A DNA stretch of 58,809 nt, filler included, from Basidiobolus ranarum (Eukaryota), in assembly GCA_040143965.1 (NCBI GenBank). It is 5 parts of 5 records of this genome, joined end to end, with 100 filler letters (N's around TTAATTAATTAA, not from the genome) between each part and the next. Parts side by side here need not be neighbours in the genome. Positions count along the whole stretch, not along the records: positions 47,149 to 58,809 come from JASJQH010000597.1; 4 more parts are not named here. One strand, 5' to 3'. The notes below the pieces were generated by a model, which saw only the letters and a list, made by a program, of their open reading frames with translations, did no database searches and was not told where the DNA came from. Below are positions 53,159-58,809 of this stretch, one piece after another. Numbering within the stretch: position 1 is the first letter of the stretch; each line of letters starts with the position of its first letter. The translations under genes were made by a program, and so were the position numbers.

Positions 53159-55048
53159 ATGCAACTGAAGCTTGTAGAGCAGATGAGCCCTTCGACTGAT
53201 TGGAAGCCAGTCAAGACGGACAGCGCCAAGATTTCTGTCAAGGATTTCCAAAAGACCTTTCCCTCGCATGCTCAGAGTGATCATTCTTTACAAGCTCTTA
53301 ATTGTTCTTGGAACAGCCAAAGTGCCGATCTCCCCGATATTGAAGCTTGTAATGTTGTTTGGGATTCTAAACAGCAGCACTCGACGCAGCTAGTAAACAC
53401 TTGTCAAGGTGTTATTCATGCCGAATCCACACAAAATACTCCATTGTTCGTTTGTGGTGATAACACAAATCAAGGCAAAACAGCCTCAGCCCAAATGCCC
53501 AGTCAGTACACCAAAACATCCATTTGTTTGCGAAGAAGACGACTATCGAACTGCTCCATGGAGCGTCATGTCCGTGATCGTTTTTTAGCTGAAATTATGT
53601 CTCGAACATCGACACCAGTACATGATTGTGATTATTGGATAGATCGTAGTGCGTCGTATTTTAATCTTGCCGAAGTAGATTTGTCTCGTAATCGACTGAC
53701 ACAGCTTCCTAGTTGTATCGTTAGTATAGCAAATCGAGTGAAGATATTAAATCTAAGTCATAACAGGTTTACCGAGTTTCCTGAGGAGTTGAATCTTTTC
53801 ACGAGCTTGGAGGTCTTAGATCTATCACATAACACGATTACCGGTGGACTGCCTAAAGGACTCCCAAAGGCTCTCACTAGACTTAAAGTTCTCCGCTTGC
53901 ACGGTAATCAGATTACCGAACTTCCTGAAACCTTAGGAGAGATCACCCAATTGGAAACTCTTATACTTGGTTCAATTTTCGGAGGGAATCAGTTGCAATC
54001 GTTTCCTGAAAAATGCATATCTAGACTTGTAAAGCTTAAAGAACTTGATTTGACTCAAAATCTACTGGTTAGTTTGCCTTCAGATATAGGGCATTTCGAG
54101 TCAGCATTGGAGAGGCTGGCTGTCAGTGGAAATCGCCTTCTTTCACTTCCATGCTCTATTGGTTTATGTCGGTTACTTCGTTCACTCGATCTTTCACGTA
54201 ATTCACTTCTAGATTTACCAATTGAAATCACTGATCTCAACGGTTTAGAGACTTTGGATTTGACTGAGAATAAGCTTTGTGTAATCCCAGGGGACATCGC
54301 CTTGTTCATGAGTAAAACGACTGTTTTACTTAGTGGCAATCCATTTACCTTAGGTGCACGTAGACATGAACCACTTCATGCAGACAACGACTCTAGCAAC
54401 CGAGCCAACACCTCACTGATACAGCAACTTCAATCGACCTCCGAACAAAATTCCACATCTCATTTTACTCAATCTAATTCTATTTCATCATCACACCTTG
54501 ACCAAACCTCCAATAATTACACCACACTTGCATCAGATCTTTCTATAGCGCACTCTACTTCATCACTCTCTAAATCCCTTGCTAGCACACCCAATCGATC
54601 ACTCCTGCCCTCGCTTCGTGAGTTTGCCGCACGTAAAATACTCAAATATGCTATTCCCATTCCTCGATATCGCCTTCCTACCACCTTATTAAGATACCTT
54701 GAACGTGGTGCGCGACCATGCTGTCATTGCTTGAACCCGTACGTTCGCGAATGGATCAGTTGCGTAGAAGTTAAGAATTATTTAGGACATCCGAAGGTAC
54801 CCCGAAGCGTTCGCTTTTGCTCAGCCACTTGTATGGTACAAACGAATACCCCGAGTGATTCAAGAGTAGAAAATCCACATGAATACAATGTAACACAAAG
54901 TCCAAATCAACGAGCTAAAGCCTCAGTTAAACCATTTTCATCGCTACTTACTCAAAGATCCAACCAACCGCCTATCAAATCCAAAAAACCCTCTTCTATG
55001 TTGAATAGCAAACGAAATCTCGATCGACCCATCACTACAGATTGGTAA
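53159..55048 (+). CDS. Leucine-rich-repeat protein with LRRC58-like BC-box/Cys-rich C-terminus
   Basis: About 10 LxxLxLxxN repeats, then LPSLREFAAR...YL..ARPCCHC...FCSATC. The first ATG is used as the start. Confidence 0.8.
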   Translation: MQLKLVEQMSPSTDWKPVKTDSAKISVKDFQKTFPSHAQSDHSLQALNCSWNSQSADLPDIEACNVVWDSKQQHSTQLVNTCQGVIHAESTQNTPLFVCGDNTNQGKTASAQMPSQYTKTSICLRRRRLSNCSMERHVRDRFLAEIMSRTSTPVHDCDYWIDRSASYFNLAEVDLSRNRLTQLPSCIVSIANRVKILNLSHNRFTEFPEELNLFTSLEVLDLSHNTITGGLPKGLPKALTRLKVLRLHGNQITELPETLGEITQLETLILGSIFGGNQLQSFPEKCISRLVKLKELDLTQNLLVSLPSDIGHFESALERLAVSGNRLLSLPCSIGLCRLLRSLDLSRNSLLDLPIEITDLNGLETLDLTENKLCVIPGDIALFMSKTTVLLSGNPFTLGARRHEPLHADNDSSNRANTSLIQQLQSTSEQNSTSHFTQSNSISSSHLDQTSNNYTTLASDLSIAHSTSSLSKSLASTPNRSLLPSLREFAARKILKYAIPIPRYRLPTTLLRYLERGARPCCHCLNPYVREWISCVEVKNYLGHPKVPRSVRFCSATCMVQTNTPSDSRVENPHEYNVTQSPNQRAKASVKPFSSLLTQRSNQPPIKSKKPSSMLNSKRNLDRPITTDW

Positions 55049-55507
55049 AGGGCGGTAATGAGGAATCATCCACATGTATATTTATATTTGAACATCGTTT
55101 ACATAAAGAAAAGTGCTTGCACATGTGCTTATTCAACTCAAACTCAGTCGTATTTCTCAGTATTTTACCGACCAAGTTGATCATCTATAACACTGTTTAT
55201 TTTGGGGAGAGCCGTACAGGAAATATATAGAGCAGTTGAGTTCGGTTTCAGTTATGATTGGTAAGGAGAGGGAAATGGTGGTAAAGGGGCACATTATAAA
55301 GAGGATTCATTAACATTCGACAGATAACATGTCGCAAATATCAAAGAAAACTAATGCTTATTTGACACAGATGAGGAGGGGTTGCATTGAGTTGGATTGG
55401 ATTGATGAGTTGTTACAAGATAAAGGAGATATGTTACCAATGGGTAAAGTGCAAATATTGAAGATTTATGCAAATTGGATATCTAACAAATGGTTGGATA
55501 CACGTAG

Positions 55508-56468
55508 TTAATCAGTTTTACTATCATTAGAGATCTCTTTAAGAGCCTCCAACATCAAACCATGAGTATAATCAACCAATTCACCCACATTCTCAGGTGA
55601 ATATTTTTCAGTAGAGATAGGTGGAAGTACTATATGAATATTGAATTATCTTGAATATGTGTAATACAATGATATACAATTATGATGAATCATACCTTTG
55701 ATCTTGACTACACCTCCGGGCCATTGCTTAGTACGACTGTTATAAATGTGATTATAATTAGCGACAACAATGGGAATGATAGGATAGTCGGCCTGTAAAG
55801 CTAGATGGAATGCTCCCTTCTTGAAAGGTAAAAGATCCGGTTTACTGAAATGACTACGAGTGCCTTCTGGGTAAATCCATAGACTAAGCTTATTCTCTTT
55901 GATAAACTCGACCGCATTCTTGGTAGTACGTAAGGCACTTTCGTGGTTCTTACGGTCAATAAAAACTGCTGCTGCAAGTCTCACTATTAAAAGAAACCAA
56001 CGTTTAGAAAAGATATTGGTTAAAAGAGAGGAGAAGCAAGTACTTACTGAAATTTCCAAGGAAAGGGACGTATTTAAGAGATTGTTTAGACATAACTACA
56101 CAATCTTTTGGGAAAATGCGACCCATGATCAAAACATCAAGAGAGGTTTGATGGTTACATAACACAATAGCAGGTCCTTTTTTCAAATTCTCATCTCCTT
56201 CTATTTCAAACGTAACTCCGACAAATGGAGATGCGCAGTAAGCATAACCTCTGGCTACAAGCCAATTGGTCATAGCACGTCTTCCAGCGGCGGCACAAAA
56301 GACTGCGACAATGCAACCATAAATGGAGAGAAGAAGCATCCACCCGATAGCGATTACGGCTTTAACATGGAAATTAAATACACGATAGATGATGAAAAAA
56401 ATAAGTAGTGCGATTCCCAACTGAAGGTAAAGGTTAAACTGAGAAATATCTAGAGTGGTTTCACTCAT
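55508..56468 (-). CDS. SLC1: 1-acyl-sn-glycerol-3-phosphate acyltransferase, 3 exons
   Basis: NHQTSLD, FIDR, YPEGTRS, PFKKGAFHLA; two GT-AG introns; stop after DSKTD. Confidence 0.92.
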
Positions 56469-57457
56469 CTTGAAAGGGATGTCAGAATCAAGTTAAACGG
56501 TTGGAGGAATAGGACGCAGGGAAATACGGCACTTTTGTATTGAATTATTCCAAAGAAACCCGGTTTCGATAGGATTAATAAATTAACCTCTAAAGTGCAC
56601 TCAACCCGCCTGGAAAATATCGGGAAAAAGAATGAAATATAAGATTCCAAAAGAAGTATATTCTTATCCAATGAAGTCACTACGGCTGGGTTTATCGTCG
56701 GGTTTATCGTAGTAGGAAGATTGTACAAACTCGGGCAAAAGATGATGATTTGTAGCGATAATTATATATATCCGAATGACAAATGAATATTGAACATGTA
56801 CCACTAGTAAGATTAGACAAGACTATCCTTCACATGCCTACGGTCCCCATCCATTGTTCACCATACTTTCGTTTCCCAAATAAAAGCTCGGTTCATACTA
56901 AAGCAAGTCACTCAGCAAGCTATTTACCTGTTAAGATCTAAGAGTGGCTTGAATCAGCACGCCACCAATTTAAATAAACGTTGGAAAGTTCACCCTCCGG
57001 TTCTGTGATCATTGGCATCTGCATTATTCTTTGCGACAATCACAAGCAGTCCAAGGTAATACATGGCTACTATATCTGTTCAATCGGTATCGCTTCCGAG
57101 AGTCTCAGAACAACTAACCCTAACACTCTTGCTACGATTTAAGCTACCTTCCGAGCCAACCCTAACTCAATATGTATTACTAGTAATAGTAATCATGTCT
57201 CAACAAGTGCTTTAAGAACCTTTGGGTGAGCGCATGATGCTAGACATTCGAATAGCCTCGAGTATGGTTGTGTCAATTGTCTCGATTTATAACTCATGAT
57301 GTGAATTTGATAAACGTATGTTCGATTCTTTTGGTAGAAAAAGGTGTCAATATCCTAAAATGGTTGAAGATTGGGGAAGTTTATCCAGAGTTGAGATGAA
57401 TCAATTATATATATGCGGATGGCATAGATATCAAACTGTCTATTTTGAATTTCGAAG

Positions 57458-58482
57458 ATGCTTAGACACTTGGCTACTAGAGCTGTTAACAAACAACTGC
57501 GGGGTACTTACACCACTGTGCGTCAGAGGACCACTTTGAATAACATATCGCCATTAGTTATACCCTTTTTCCATAAACCTTCTTCAACTTTCACTTACAT
57601 TATTATTGACGAAAAAACATCCGAAAGTGCTATATTGGATCCTTGCGTTGACTACGATACAGTCTCAGGGCGTATATCTACCGGTTCACTTGAAGAAATT
57701 GTTGATTTCGTTAAATCCGAGGGGTTAAAGGTAAAATGGTTACTTGATACCCACGTTCATGCCGATCACCTTTCTGGTAAGCATTTAGACTTCCTCTCAT
57801 ACTTCAAGAATCCACGCAGATTTACGAATATTATTAACCAGGCTTGGAGCACTTGAAGCAAAAACTTCCAAACTCCCAAACTGCCATCGGAGAGCACGTT
57901 AAAGTAGTTCAAAAGCGAGTAAACAAATTTTTCAATCCAATACGTTTAGATCACGACGGATCTCAATTCGATTGTCTTTTATCCGATGACCAAGAGATTA
58001 AAATAGGTGACCAAGTAATCAAGGCAATTCATACGCCTGGTCATACACCAGATTCAACCTCCTTTTTAGTCAATAACTGTCTTTTTGTCGGTGATACTAT
58101 ATTTATGCCTGATGTTGGCACAGCTCGCTGCGATTTCCCGGGTGGCTCTGCGGAACAACTTTACGATACAATTATGAGCAAATTTTACACATTAGAGCCC
58201 AACACCAATATCTTCATGTGTCATGATTATCCACCAGAGCAACGTGTTAACAGTCCACCCCAATATTTGACTACTATTGGTGAAGAAATGAAGAAGAATA
58301 TACATATCAAAGAGAATACAACAAAAGAGGAGTTCGTTAATTTCCGAAATAAACGTGACGACGCTTTGGACCTCCCTAAACTTTTGCTTCCCAGTTTGCA
58401 AATCAATGCAATTGCTGGTAAACTCCCCGAACCTGAGTCTGATGGCAAGAGTTACATCAAATTTCCCATTAACTTTTTTTAA
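57458..58482 (+). CDS. Persulfide (sulfur) dioxygenase, MBL-fold, likely mitochondrial; intron 57777-57841
   Basis: THVHADH, HTPGHT, FVGDTIFMPDVGTARCDFPGG, CHDY; Arg-rich acid-free N-terminus MLRHLATRAVNKQLR. Confidence 0.9.
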
Positions 58483-58747
58483 TCGATACTTCACTGCTCT
58501 GTTCTTTCAAAATCATCCACGTATATAAATTAATCAGATTATCAATATGAAAAATCAAATATCCTCTCGGTTTAATACTGACTGTTCCGCTAATAAATTA
58601 TATAATAGAATAGTAGTTCTGAATGCAACTTGGGTGATGCTCTTCACGTAAGAGTGAATTAAATAGAGAGTAACTTAAACACTAAGCGAGACAACGGATG
58701 CTGATGTATATGGAGTAATCATCTAATGGAAACTAAATAAATCACTA

Positions 58748-58809
58748 AGACAAAAGAGTGAATCGAATAGAGAGTAGTCTGAATAGACAAAAGAGTGAAT
58801 CGAATAGAG
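58748..58809. repeat. Tandem repeat, 37-bp period, at the contig end
   Basis: AGACAAAAGAGTGAATCGAATAGAG at 58748 and 58785. Confidence 0.85.

Noticed and set aside
16223-58482. Window-wide sulfur/redox gene cluster (cdr, catalase, LRRC58-like, PDO)
   Set aside because: The members lie on different concatenated contigs.

Overview
Eukaryotic, AT-rich genomic DNA with short GT-AG introns. It is most consistent with an early-diverging fungus; a Basidiobolus-like organism is my inference and is not proven. The window is not continuous: five contigs of descending length (11709, 11688, 11678, 11673, 11661 bp) are joined by 100-nt N/TTAATTAATTAA linkers, so linkage is valid only within a contig. Host genes: GDSL/SGNH hydrolase, catalase, GT17 GlcNAc-transferase, FR47-like GNAT, GPI-type chitin deacetylase, F-box/LRR protein, 7TM receptor, BUB3, YCII protein, ORC4, LRRC58-like protein, SLC1 acyltransferase and persulfide dioxygenase. 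Repeats: a decayed Ty1/copia family (9 LTR copies or fragments) and a 1.4-kb foldback DNA element. The main discovery is a ~3-kb multi-gene Bacteroidaceae-like DNA block in contig 2, lying between host LTRs. Its degP/htrA gene and primary sigma factor have decayed to pseudogenes, while its intronless CoA-disulfide reductase-rhodanese gene is intact. This looks like horizontal transfer of a chromosomal fragment with selective retention of one redox/persulfide gene, next to a host catalase.
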